A stretch of DNA of 27,874 nt, from contig JBBCAX010000342.1 in NCBI GenBank assembly GCA_051382335.1, positions 1 to 27,874 on the forward strand. Reading direction: 5' to 3'. Positions within the stretch are counted from its first letter, which is position 1. Every line of letters begins with the position of its first letter. The notes beneath the pieces were generated by a model. That model had not been told where the DNA came from. It made no database searches and saw nothing but the letters and a program-made list of their open reading frames with translations. Origin of the DNA: Deltaproteobacteria bacterium TL4 (lineage in GTDB: Bacteria > SAR324 > NAC60-12). A program made the translations under genes and the position numbers. Shown piece by piece: positions 18,529-27,531 of the stretch.

Positions 18529-19764
18529 ATGGAACTGATAAACCGCTTGTTTACAGATTTTCAAACTCATATGTGGCTCTATTTATCCATGCCGCTGATT
18601 GCGGCTTCTATTGGATACGCGACAAAAATTGTTGCGATTCGGATGATGTTTGAACCCATTAAGTTTGTTGGAATCAAACCTTTCTTTGGCTGGCAAGGGA
18701 TCGTACCACGAAAAGCCGAAGTGATGGCCGCTATCGCCTGCGATACAATGACCCAACGCTTGATTCAACCTAAAGAGATTTTCGGCAGACTGGATGCTGA
18801 ACGTGTCGCGAAAGAAATAGAAAAGCCCATGCTGGATATTGTGGAACAAGTGACCCATGAGGTGATGAGGCAATACCAACCGGGACTTTGGGAATCGTTA
18901 CCCCTCGTAATTCGCAATCGTATCATCAAAGCGGTACAAGCTGAAGCTCCTGATGTTGTCGCTGAAATCATGGAACAGATCAAAAACAATCTGGATGAGG
19001 TTTTTGATATGAAACAGATGGTTACCTCCAATTTGACAGCGGATAAGCATCTTTTAAATCGTATTTTTCAGGAGGCGGGGGATAAAGAATTTAACTTCAT
19101 TCGGAATTCAGGCATTTACTTTGGCTTAATCATCGGGATTGTCCAGATGTTTACCTGGATGTTGACAAAATCAGCTCTCGTCATGCCTATTTTCGGGTTA
19201 TTCACAGGCTGGTTTACTGATTGGCTGGCACTGAAAATGATTTTTTATCCTAAAAAACCCACCAAATATTTAGGCCTGTTCACCTGGCAAGGCTTATTTT
19301 TGAAACGACAAAAAGAAGTCGCCTCCAAATATGGAGCGTTGATTGCCCAGGAAATTCTGACGCCCAGTAAGATCATGAGCGCGATTCTGACAGGACCACT
19401 CTCAGATAATCTGTTTACCCTCATTCAGCGTAATGTTCAGGATATGGTGGATGAGCAAGCAGGGTTATTGCAACCCATCGTTGTTTTCGCCGTAGGCAGT
19501 GAGCGTTATCAACAAATGAAGCAGGCTGTCTCAGAAAAAATCATGGAACATTTGCCGAAAACCTTGAAGCACATTGAACAATACGCAGGTGACGCCATGG
19601 ATATTCAGAACACACTTTCCACTAAAATGCAGGAATTGACTCCCGAGGAATTTGAGGGAGTTCTGAGGCCAGCCTTTCAACAGGATGAGTGGATTTTGAT
19701 CACAGTGGGTGCTATCTTAGGTTTTCTGGTCGGAGAACTGCAAGTGTTCATTATGCTCCATTAA
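18529..19764 (+). CDS. DUF445-family membrane protein
   Basis: IGYATKIVAIRMMFEP...WQGIVP, a second internal repeat GWFTDWLALKMIFYP...WQGL, C-terminal GAILGFLVG; start moved to the ATG after GAGGA. Confidence 0.85.
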   Translation: MELINRLFTDFQTHMWLYLSMPLIAASIGYATKIVAIRMMFEPIKFVGIKPFFGWQGIVPRKAEVMAAIACDTMTQRLIQPKEIFGRLDAERVAKEIEKPMLDIVEQVTHEVMRQYQPGLWESLPLVIRNRIIKAVQAEAPDVVAEIMEQIKNNLDEVFDMKQMVTSNLTADKHLLNRIFQEAGDKEFNFIRNSGIYFGLIIGIVQMFTWMLTKSALVMPIFGLFTGWFTDWLALKMIFYPKKPTKYLGLFTWQGLFLKRQKEVASKYGALIAQEILTPSKIMSAILTGPLSDNLFTLIQRNVQDMVDEQAGLLQPIVVFAVGSERYQQMKQAVSEKIMEHLPKTLKHIEQYAGDAMDIQNTLSTKMQELTPEEFEGVLRPAFQQDEWILITVGAILGFLVGELQVFIMLH

Positions 19765-19892
19765 ATCAACAAGCTCGTATTTCAAACTGAGGCCCCCCTC
19801 AAAATTTCCGGCTCTGAGGGGTGCCACGTCGCTACCCCCTCCCACGCATTCTCGAGCCGTCTCCGAGTCACGTATGAACATGAAATCCAGCG

Positions 19893-20087
19893 ATAGATGT
19901 TCATTTAAATAAATTCAGAAAACTCATCCTGTTGCGTGATCCGTTTAAACAACGCTGTTTCAGGAGTGCCAAAGCTTGCTTTGGCCAGAAAGGCGATGGC
20001 CTTGCTTTGGATTTGGCCAAAACAAGCTTTGGCACTCCACAGTCTGGGTTAGACTCAAATGAATATATTATTTAAATGAACGTCTAT
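19893..20087 (+). mobile_element. MITE family B, intact 195-bp copy
   Basis: 20-bp TIRs ATAGATGTTCATTTAAATAA / TTATTTAAATGAACGTCTAT (1 mismatch) with TA at both ends; internal GGAGTGCCAAAGCTTG...CAAGCTTTGGCACTCC pair. Confidence 0.9.
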
Positions 20088-20146
20088 AGGACAAACCGGA
20101 GGGGATTGATTCGGAGATGCCCCGGTGAAAGATTTATTCAGCAGAT

Positions 20147-20545
20147 CTAATTGTTGGTGGTGACGAGGCTTTGGTATTGTTGCAGTTGTTCGTTGATATA
20201 CTCTTGACAATGATCCCAGGACATTTCTTCGTTTTTTAATTGTTCGTACAAATTAAAAAGGATTTGAAATTGCTCTCGATAACTCAACCCCATTTTTTCA
20301 CACAAGGTTGCAGGAACGAATTTATGCCGTAACATCACCAGCGTGTAGACGGTTTGTTCGAACTGATCCTTAGTCAATATTTGCGCGTTATAATCATCAA
20401 TTAAATAACAAAATATAAAAAATCCCTCATCATCCAGATCATTAACCCATTGCCAGTCTACTCTGGGAAAATCCTCCTGTCCACGATATTCTTTTTTTGC
20501 CTGATGAACCATTTCAATGAATTCTTGATTCTCTATCTTTCTCAT
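20147..20545 (-). CDS. Hypothetical protein
   Basis: 132-aa ORF with no competing ORF and protein-like acidic composition; no motif recognised. Confidence 0.7.
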   Translation of the reverse strand: MRKIENQEFIEMVHQAKKEYRGQEDFPRVDWQWVNDLDDEGFFIFCYLIDDYNAQILTKDQFEQTVYTLVMLRHKFVPATLCEKMGLSYREQFQILFNLYEQLKNEEMSWDHCQEYINEQLQQYQSLVTTNN

Positions 20546-20703
20546 TTTTTAAACAATAATTAGGGTGCGCAAAATTTTTGCAACGAATTCCTCCATTCTA
20601 ATGAATTCCACATTCATTTCAATGCTATTCGTAATCACTCAATCCACAAAACACAGGAAAGATCCTAATCACAAATAACGTTCTCAACATCATACGCCTA
20701 TTA

Positions 20704-23700
20704 TTATTGACTTATCTTCAATTGCTTCAGTTCCTTCAACACAGAAAGATCCCGGATCTGCGTTCCTTGAAGTTCCAATTGTCGCAAGTTTCTGAGACTT
20801 TTTAAAACGCTAAGATCCTCAATAACAACGCCTCGAATTTTCAAAACTTGTAAGCTGGTCAAATTGGCAATTCCCTTGAGATTCTTGACCTGCGTATGGC
20901 TTAGATCCAGTTGACGTAAGTTTCGGTTCCATTTCAATACCTCAAGCTCATGAATGGGGTTACCACTCAAATCTAAATGGGTTAATTGGTTCAGGTTATT
21001 TAAAGAGGAGATATTGGTAATCCCTGTCATACTGATATCGAGTTCACGAAGTTGGTTCATTCCTTGAGTTACCTTATTTAACTCAGTAAGAGGAACCCCT
21101 CGTAGTTTGAGAACTTTCATTTGGGTTAGTTGCGCAAGAGGCGAAAGGTTTGAGACCGGGACGTAACTTAAGTTGAGCTGTTCTAAGGACGTTAAGTCGG
21201 CTAACGCTTTCAAATCTCGGACTTGGGTTCCTTGCAGATTGAGGGAATGCAACTGCTTGAGCTGACTCAAAGAATCAAGGGACTGGATGGGCGTATGACT
21301 GAGGTTCAGACTGGTTAATTGTGTCAATTCATTAAGAAAAATGACGGAAGCAAGTGAGGTGGAAGCAAGATTTAGCGCAACCAAGTTCTTTAATTGGCTC
21401 AACGCGTGTCCTTGCTCTACGCCTGTAAAACTTAAATTTAGCCGTGTCAATTCAGGAAAAAGTGTTAAAGGACCAAGATCTTTTACGTGCATCATCCCTG
21501 ACAGGTCAGCAGAGCGGATAGGTGGCATTTGGGAAAACTCAGCTTGATAGGTGTCGACTTGTTGTTTGAGTTCAGTGACATTCCAGACTGAAAGCTTTTG
21601 ACGAATCTCCAAATACTGTTTTTGTTCTTCAGGGGACATTTCAGCAATCCTGTTTTCTAAAACGCCACGTTCATTTTTTTCAACTTCGAGGCTTAATTCT
21701 GCTTGAAATTTGCTGAGGACTTGCTGGAGTTTTTCAACGCTAGGGTCTTCACCTTTCAATAAATGACTTTCTATGGCCTGTTGTAGGAGCGCCTGAGTAT
21801 TTTGCTTCCGTTCTTCAGGCAACAGGTGACTTTCTACATTTTTGTATAAATCCTGCATCTCTTGTAAGGACGGAGTCCCTGCTTGAAGCCCTTCTTGTTG
21901 AAAGTCAGACAAAATACGGTGTTCCGCACTTTTTCTCAATACATTCACATATTGGTCGAGGTTTTGGTCAAAAACTGATTGGGATTTGCTTAAACTTTCA
22001 GAATCTTTCAGATAAGTTTGATAATCTCTGACGATGGATTCCGCATCATTGAGGTCTTTCCACATTTCAGGCGTGACAGGAAACTTGGTATTTCTCATGG
22101 TTTGGGCCAAGATTCCTGCGGTGGTAGTCGATTCCAGGACAACCAGCATTTTTTTATTTTTCTTTTGAATGTCCGTATACATTTCATTCCATTCTTCAAT
22201 GGAAAGGTCCTGGGGTTTCGCCAAAGGATCTCCTATCTTCGGATCATCTTCCAGCGCGGCTTTCAACAATTGGTGCGTCTCTTTTTGCAGTTTTAAGGTT
22301 TTCTGAATTTGTTCGCCAACAGGACCTTCCAAGGCTTTCCCCATGGCGTCACTACTTTGAGTTGGGGCCTGTTCGTGGCTGGGAGTGGTACCTTCACTTG
22401 AAAGACGGCTTCCTTGCAAAAAGGAGGGATTCAATGGGGTCAGAGCTTGAATATTACCCGTTTGAGAATTGGTTGACATTTGACCTGCGGGAATCAGTAT
22501 CTTTTCATTCAACATCAATGACGCCAGTTCAACTTTTCCTTCAAGGGTTCCCACTCGTGTGACCGAGTCTTCAAATTCAACAATAAAATCCGTGCCAATC
22601 ACCGTGACTTGGGAAGTGGGTGTCGTGACTTTGACTTGCTCTTGGGATCTTTTCTTAATTTGGACTCGTATTCGCCCTTGCTTCAAGGTCACTAAGGTCA
22701 CAGTAGAATCGTTTGCGTTTTGAGACATCAAAAGGACTTTGGTCAGGCGTTGAATTTCAAGGGTATCTCCGGATTGAAAATGAATCACGGCAACTCCTGA
22801 GGAATCGGTAAAGACAAAATCATCTTCATAAAGTGAAAACTGGGGCTGTTGCACTATTTCTGTTTTATTATTGCGGTTGATTGATACATTTCCAGTTTGA
22901 ACCGTCAACGACGCGACAGAAGGCCGAGTTTGCTTCAAGGTTTTTTCAAGCGTACTTTTCCAAAAAATCAATCCTGTAATGGCGATGACAGCTAAAATTC
23001 CAGTGAGGCCAATCAGTAAACTGAGATTTCCAGCTTTTGATGTTTTCTTCTTTTTTGAGATTCCCCTTGGTTTGTTTTCACTCGGTTGGGGCGGTTCTTG
23101 TAATAGTTTAAACTTATGAGACAAGACCTCGTAGGAATCGGTCAGGCCGCAAGTCTCTCGCAGCTCCTCCAGTAACATCTGAACTTCGGTGAAATTATTC
23201 TGTTCGATCTGGATCTGAATCATTTCTTCAAAAACGTGCTCTATGAGAGCGCTATAGTTATTACTTTTTCCATATTTTGACTTGTAATCATGCAGCAAAG
23301 ATTTGGCTTTTTCGAAGTTTTTCTTTTCTATGGCATCATTGATTTTAATCTGTAATCCAAAGGCTTTTGTTGTCGCTGCCATTTGCAAAGATTCGAGGGC
23401 TTGGGAATCTTCTTGCGCCAATTCAAATACTTTTTTCATATGAGCATAAAGTTCTCGTTCCAAACGGGTAAACTCCTGATCCGCGGCAATAACCCGCACC
23501 ACCAGTTCAGCCACCTCCTTTTTTCCTTGTTCATCCAAGGTCAACGCTAATTTTTTTATGTTCTGATCAAAGCGTTCTTCTGTATTTGTAAGACTTAAGA
23601 CAACCTGAACCCGATCCTTGATGAACTGGGTTATCGCCTCCCGATCTTCAGCAACATGGGTTTCGATAAAGCTCAGAATCACTTCCAACTCTGAATCTTC

Positions 23701-23766
23701 AAAACCATCAATGCCGCTCATGATGAGTAAACATTCCAATAATTGATCGATCTGTTCATTAGTCAT
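20704..23766 (-). CDS. TerB-like / TM / FecR / leucine-rich repeat protein (start 23766 or 23790)
   Basis: IMSGIDG..DSE and VIAADQEFTRLERE TerB-like motifs; TM LSLLIGLTGILAVIAITGLIFW; FecR LKQGRI...VTTPTSQVTVIGTDFIV; about 11-12 22-aa LxxLxLSxTxV repeats. The ORF-track start overlaps trxB by 53 nt. Confidence 0.85.
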   Translation of the reverse strand: MTNEQIDQLLECLLIMSGIDGFEDSELEVILSFIETHVAEDREAITQFIKDRVQVVLSLTNTEERFDQNIKKLALTLDEQGKKEVAELVVRVIAADQEFTRLERELYAHMKKVFELAQEDSQALESLQMAATTKAFGLQIKINDAIEKKNFEKAKSLLHDYKSKYGKSNNYSALIEHVFEEMIQIQIEQNNFTEVQMLLEELRETCGLTDSYEVLSHKFKLLQEPPQPSENKPRGISKKKKTSKAGNLSLLIGLTGILAVIAITGLIFWKSTLEKTLKQTRPSVASLTVQTGNVSINRNNKTEIVQQPQFSLYEDDFVFTDSSGVAVIHFQSGDTLEIQRLTKVLLMSQNANDSTVTLVTLKQGRIRVQIKKRSQEQVKVTTPTSQVTVIGTDFIVEFEDSVTRVGTLEGKVELASLMLNEKILIPAGQMSTNSQTGNIQALTPLNPSFLQGSRLSSEGTTPSHEQAPTQSSDAMGKALEGPVGEQIQKTLKLQKETHQLLKAALEDDPKIGDPLAKPQDLSIEEWNEMYTDIQKKNKKMLVVLESTTTAGILAQTMRNTKFPVTPEMWKDLNDAESIVRDYQTYLKDSESLSKSQSVFDQNLDQYVNVLRKSAEHRILSDFQQEGLQAGTPSLQEMQDLYKNVESHLLPEERKQNTQALLQQAIESHLLKGEDPSVEKLQQVLSKFQAELSLEVEKNERGVLENRIAEMSPEEQKQYLEIRQKLSVWNVTELKQQVDTYQAEFSQMPPIRSADLSGMMHVKDLGPLTLFPELTRLNLSFTGVEQGHALSQLKNLVALNLASTSLASVIFLNELTQLTSLNLSHTPIQSLDSLSQLKQLHSLNLQGTQVRDLKALADLTSLEQLNLSYVPVSNLSPLAQLTQMKVLKLRGVPLTELNKVTQGMNQLRELDISMTGITNISSLNNLNQLTHLDLSGNPIHELEVLKWNRNLRQLDLSHTQVKNLKGIANLTSLQVLKIRGVVIEDLSVLKSLRNLRQLELQGTQIRDLSVLKELKQLKISQ

Positions 23767-23779
23767 GTCGGCCGTACCG

Positions 23780-25066
23780 TTATTGCGCATCGTCGATTTC
23801 TCTGGTCGCTGTGATAGCAGCCTTCGTACCATCGGATACCGCTACCGTAATTTGGCGATAGGGATTATTGGCCACATCTCCAACCGCAAAAACATCTTTT
23901 ACATTCGTTCTCATGAAAACATCTGTTTTTATATAACCCCATTGATCTTTTTCGAACACATCCCCGAAAACATCGATGTTGGGTTTCATCCCCGCAAAAA
24001 TAAAGACGCCATGAGTGGAAAGCGTTTTATGCTCCTGGGTTTTTAAATTTTCGACGATAACTGCCATTCCCTTTTCCGTCTTTTCAAATTTTCTGGGCTC
24101 ATGCTCAAACAAAAACGCGATTTTTTCATTGGCGAACGCTCTTTCTTGAGCCAGCTTATTGGCCTGTAACTTGGCAAATTGGTGGACGATTGTCAGTTTT
24201 GAAGCAAATTTTGTGATAAACAGAGATTCTTCAACCGCTGAATTCCCTCCCCCAATCACGATCACTTCTTTATCTTCAAAATATTTTCCGTCACAAGTGG
24301 CACAATAACTGATCCCATCGCCTTTATACTCTTCTTCGCCGGGAACGCCCAATAATCGGTGACTTGAACCGGTCGCTATAATGATTTTTTTAGCTCTAAT
24401 CGTTTCAATGCCATCAATGACAAGCTCTTTCTTGTAAAGATCCGCACTGGTCACATCCACCGCGTACCGTCTTTCAACGCCTGCGCCAACAGCTTGTTCA
24501 TTCATTTGATGCATTAACATAAAGCCTTCAATGGGGGCTATAAACCCGGGAAAGTTACTGACCAGATGAGTTTTGGAGACCTGTCCCCCAGCGAGTCCCA
24601 CGTCAATAATGACGGTTCTTAATTTAGCTTGAGCCGTGTAAATTCCAGCGGTTAAGCCCGCGGGGCCGGCTCCGAGAATGGCAATATCGAACTCTGTTTC
24701 AAAGGGCTGAATTTTACTTTTCAAGGCGGTTGCCTGTTCGGTGCCAAGCATGGCGTCAAGGTTTTTGACGATATCCGCCCTTTTGATGCCGCCCGTCAAC
24801 TTGTCGCCAACAATTTTTCCATTATTATAAAACAACAGCGTTGGCGAACTGTTAACCTTCAGCTTATTCGCCAGTTCCCGATTCCCCTGTCTGAAAATTT
24901 TAACAAATTTAATATCTTTTCCGTAAATCTCGTTCAGGCTACTGAATTTTGAGGCTAAGGCTTCACAGGGTGGACATTCGGTAGAATAAAAGTCAAACGC
25001 GACAAGTCCGCCCTTGAGTATCTCACTTTCATATTGACCCGCGTTAATTTCCATAATTTTTCCCAT
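23780..25066 (-). CDS. trxB: Thioredoxin::thioredoxin reductase fusion
   Basis: N-terminal Trx DFYSTECPPC; GAGPAG, SYCATCDG, GGGNSA and VFAVGDV in the reductase. Confidence 0.93.
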   Translation of the reverse strand: MGKIMEINAGQYESEILKGGLVAFDFYSTECPPCEALASKFSSLNEIYGKDIKFVKIFRQGNRELANKLKVNSSPTLLFYNNGKIVGDKLTGGIKRADIVKNLDAMLGTEQATALKSKIQPFETEFDIAILGAGPAGLTAGIYTAQAKLRTVIIDVGLAGGQVSKTHLVSNFPGFIAPIEGFMLMHQMNEQAVGAGVERRYAVDVTSADLYKKELVIDGIETIRAKKIIIATGSSHRLLGVPGEEEYKGDGISYCATCDGKYFEDKEVIVIGGGNSAVEESLFITKFASKLTIVHQFAKLQANKLAQERAFANEKIAFLFEHEPRKFEKTEKGMAVIVENLKTQEHKTLSTHGVFIFAGMKPNIDVFGDVFEKDQWGYIKTDVFMRTNVKDVFAVGDVANNPYRQITVAVSDGTKAAITATREIDDAQ

Positions 25067-25067
25067 T

Positions 25068-26378
25068 TTAATTCTCCCTATTGAAATATATTGAAATTCC
25101 CATCTCCAATAATTGAGCTACTGGACGACAATCTTCAGACAACAGCGCACCGCCTCTTTTCTTGGCCACAGAGGCACATCCGCCTCCGCAGGCTAAGGCC
25201 AGGTTACAGCGCCGACATTTGTCGATCGATAAAACATCTCGCTTTCCCCATGCTTCAAGGAGGTCTTCTTTTTTAGTGATTTGTGGGTAAAAGGTACCCA
25301 GTTCCTCTCCTTTTTTTCCAACGGTTGCGGTGCAGGCGTAAATGTTGCCAGTGTAATCAAAAGCCCATTCTGACTTGGTCGCAGGACAAGCATCAAAAAG
25401 CGGCTCAGGAAGTTCACCCTGGTCAAACAGAAATCTTGACACAGAAAAAGCCGGTTTATGAAATTTAAGAAAATCAGGATATTTTTTGACTATTTCATAA
25501 ATTCTCTCATAGAGACTGATTCTGGTATACAATTTGGAACTGTCGGACTGGCAGGTGTGCAATTCATAATTTCGCCCAAGTTGTGTCTTAAACAGAGGGG
25601 TGTCCGTCCATCCCCTGTCAATGGCGTACTTGGCGAGTTCCTCCAGGTTATCAATATTTTCTTTGTCCACAACAACCCTTAAATTGATGGGGATTTCGTG
25701 GTCTAAGCATAAATCGATACCCGAGACAATTCTATCAAAAGTAGCGCTTCCATTTTTCAAGGCTCTTCTTTTATTGTGAAGATCTTGGGTCCCATCGAGC
25801 GTAACCTGGATTTCCTTAAGGGAGGCTTTTTTCAAAAGCTCGACATATTCAACCAGCGTATATCCGTTGGTCACAGCCGCTATTTGAAGGTGTCTTTGAT
25901 TGGCTTTCTCAATGAGGGCTTTAACGTTTTTTTTGCTGCTTCCATTATTCAAGAACGGTTCGCCACCAAAAAGGGTAATATATTTCTTCCTGGAGCCAAA
26001 CTCATGGTCAATATAGTGAAAAAAGGAGTCGAGGATTTCATCAGTCAAGGGATTTTGTTCTTGAATATACTCCCTTTGGTAGCAATACTCGCAGTTAAAA
26101 TTGCAACTGTAGTGAGGGACAAAAAATATCTGAATTTCATCATGTTCCCTGTTTTCAAGAAATTCGAGATATTTCATTTTAAACATTTCGTTTTCTTTTT
26201 TTTCCTCTACCAAATAGCCTTTTTCGATATACTCATCCCTCTCTGAGTATTGTTCTGTTTCAATTTCACGGGCTTTTTGCGGGGAAAGAATATCGGCGTT
26301 TCCTGTCAACAGGTTGACTATAAAAAAATCATCAGAATCTTTAATTTTTGAGAAAATATTGTGGCGAGAGAAAATCAC
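25068..26378 (-). CDS. Radical SAM/SPASM peptide maturase
   Basis: CNFNCEYC, FGGEP, TNG, QVTLDG; seven-Cys SPASM (ACPA, YACT, CRRCNLALACGGGC, DCR); ~80-aa N-terminal extension resembling an RRE. Confidence 0.93.
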   Translation of the reverse strand: MIFSRHNIFSKIKDSDDFFIVNLLTGNADILSPQKAREIETEQYSERDEYIEKGYLVEEKKENEMFKMKYLEFLENREHDEIQIFFVPHYSCNFNCEYCYQREYIQEQNPLTDEILDSFFHYIDHEFGSRKKYITLFGGEPFLNNGSSKKNVKALIEKANQRHLQIAAVTNGYTLVEYVELLKKASLKEIQVTLDGTQDLHNKRRALKNGSATFDRIVSGIDLCLDHEIPINLRVVVDKENIDNLEELAKYAIDRGWTDTPLFKTQLGRNYELHTCQSDSSKLYTRISLYERIYEIVKKYPDFLKFHKPAFSVSRFLFDQGELPEPLFDACPATKSEWAFDYTGNIYACTATVGKKGEELGTFYPQITKKEDLLEAWGKRDVLSIDKCRRCNLALACGGGCASVAKKRGGALLSEDCRPVAQLLEMGISIYFNREN

Positions 26379-26414
26379 TTTTTACCTGACAGAAGCTGAG
26401 TTGGGACAAGTTTA

Positions 26415-26447
26415 GCAAGTAAGGAGGAATCAAGTCTCCCTACTTGC
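26415..26447 (-). terminator. Stem-loop between peptide gene and maturase (attenuator or mRNA stabiliser)
   Basis: Minus-strand GCAAGTAGGGAG-9 nt-CTCCTTACTTGC, 12-bp stem with one G-U pair; no U tract. Confidence 0.6.
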
Positions 26448-26463
26448 CGCTTATTGATCGAGA

Positions 26464-26559
26464 CTAGTCATGGCAACCAGCAACAGCAGTCGATACCTTT
26501 GCACAACACTGTGCGACGGCTTTGCAGTTACAGGACTTCTTTTTTATCAAAGACTTCAT
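26464..26559 (-). CDS. 31-aa Cys-rich putative RiPP precursor
   Basis: MKSLIKKKSCNCKAVAQCCAKVSTAVAGCHD*, AAGGAG 5 nt before the ATG, directly upstream of the SPASM gene. Confidence 0.88.
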   Translation of the reverse strand: MKSLIKKKSCNCKAVAQCCAKVSTAVAGCHD

Positions 26560-26598
26560 GCGTTCTCCTTGTTTGAGGTTAACGAAACTATGGCAGAA

Positions 26599-27237
26599 TC
26601 AGGGTTTCCAGCCCATGATGGTAAAACTGGAAACCACGGTCTTGCCTTTTTCATAAGGCTCACTTTCCTTACACACGGTAATACGTTCAAAGCCGGTATT
26701 CTTCAGTGTGGTCAGATATTCATCTCTTGTTACGGCTCCTGCCCAGCATTCGGATATTGCGACTAGATCATTTTTGTATTCGTCAGGAATAACTTCTGAT
26801 GAGTAAATATCACTCACAACAAATCGGCCTCCCTGCTTTAAAATTCTGTAGATCTCTCGCCAAACCGCCTTTTTATCGGTCGCGTGATTGATCGTACAGT
26901 TTGATACAACCAGATCTGCTTTTTCATCCGCAAGGGGTAAATGACGCAGCTCTGTTTGAACAAACTCAACATTATGTACGTCGAGCTTTTCCGCATTTTC
27001 TCTGGATTTTTTGAGCATCCCTTCAGAAACATCGATGCCATAGCAAAATCCCTCTTCACCAACAATTATGGCCATTTTCAACAAGTCATGACCTCTGCCA
27101 CTGCCCAAGTCAACACAGACTTCACCCTTTTGCGGCTTGGAAGAATCTAAGGTGTCTCCACATGATAAACAACATTGACCCTCAGCAAGATCCGAATATC
27201 TCCTATTGATTTCCTCAAGGCTAATCTCAATGGACAT
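26599..27237 (-). CDS. arsM: Arsenite methyltransferase (ArsM/AS3MT)-like SAM methyltransferase
   Basis: CCLSCG, DLGSGRG, SNCTINH (C114), ECWAGA (C164); GGGAG RBS. Confidence 0.78.
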   Translation of the reverse strand: MSIEISLEEINRRYSDLAEGQCCLSCGDTLDSSKPQKGEVCVDLGSGRGHDLLKMAIIVGEEGFCYGIDVSEGMLKKSRENAEKLDVHNVEFVQTELRHLPLADEKADLVVSNCTINHATDKKAVWREIYRILKQGGRFVVSDIYSSEVIPDEYKNDLVAISECWAGAVTRDEYLTTLKNTGFERITVCKESEPYEKGKTVVSSFTIMGWKP

Positions 27238-27270
27238 TCGATCTCCCTTCTATAACACCATGATTCATTT

Positions 27271-27429
27271 TCATTTCCAATTGACTTCTATTTTTTTATC
27301 CCCAATTTCTTTTTTTGCGATTTTTGCCAAGCTTAGAAGTTCATCTTTGCAGCAATCAATTGTTTTTGCATTTTTTATTCGTTGAGCCAATTCGTCAGCA
27401 AACTCACTTATTGTAATTACTTTTTTCAT
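27271..27429 (-). CDS. 52-aa small protein with vicinal Cys-Cys
   Basis: MKKVITISEFADELAQRIKNAKTIDCCKDELLSLAKIAKKEIGDKKIEVNWK*, GGAG RBS, stop 33 nt before the methyltransferase start. Confidence 0.8.
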   Translation of the reverse strand: MKKVITISEFADELAQRIKNAKTIDCCKDELLSLAKIAKKEIGDKKIEVNWK

Positions 27430-27531
27430 CGTCTTCTCCATGGTTTAATGTAAGATTTCAATCTTTACTCTTTGAAGCTAATTGCTTCCACAAACTTATT
27501 ATTCCAAGGTCCAGAGCAATATCCCTAGTCT

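Noticed and set aside
26470..26766. 98-aa plus-strand ORF
   Set aside because: Antisense shadow of the methyltransferase and the precursor peptide, which have RBSs and operon context.
27450..27468. AAGAT-N4-ATCTT dyad as an ArsR-type operator
   Set aside because: Short AT-rich dyad expected by chance; no regulator gene in the window.
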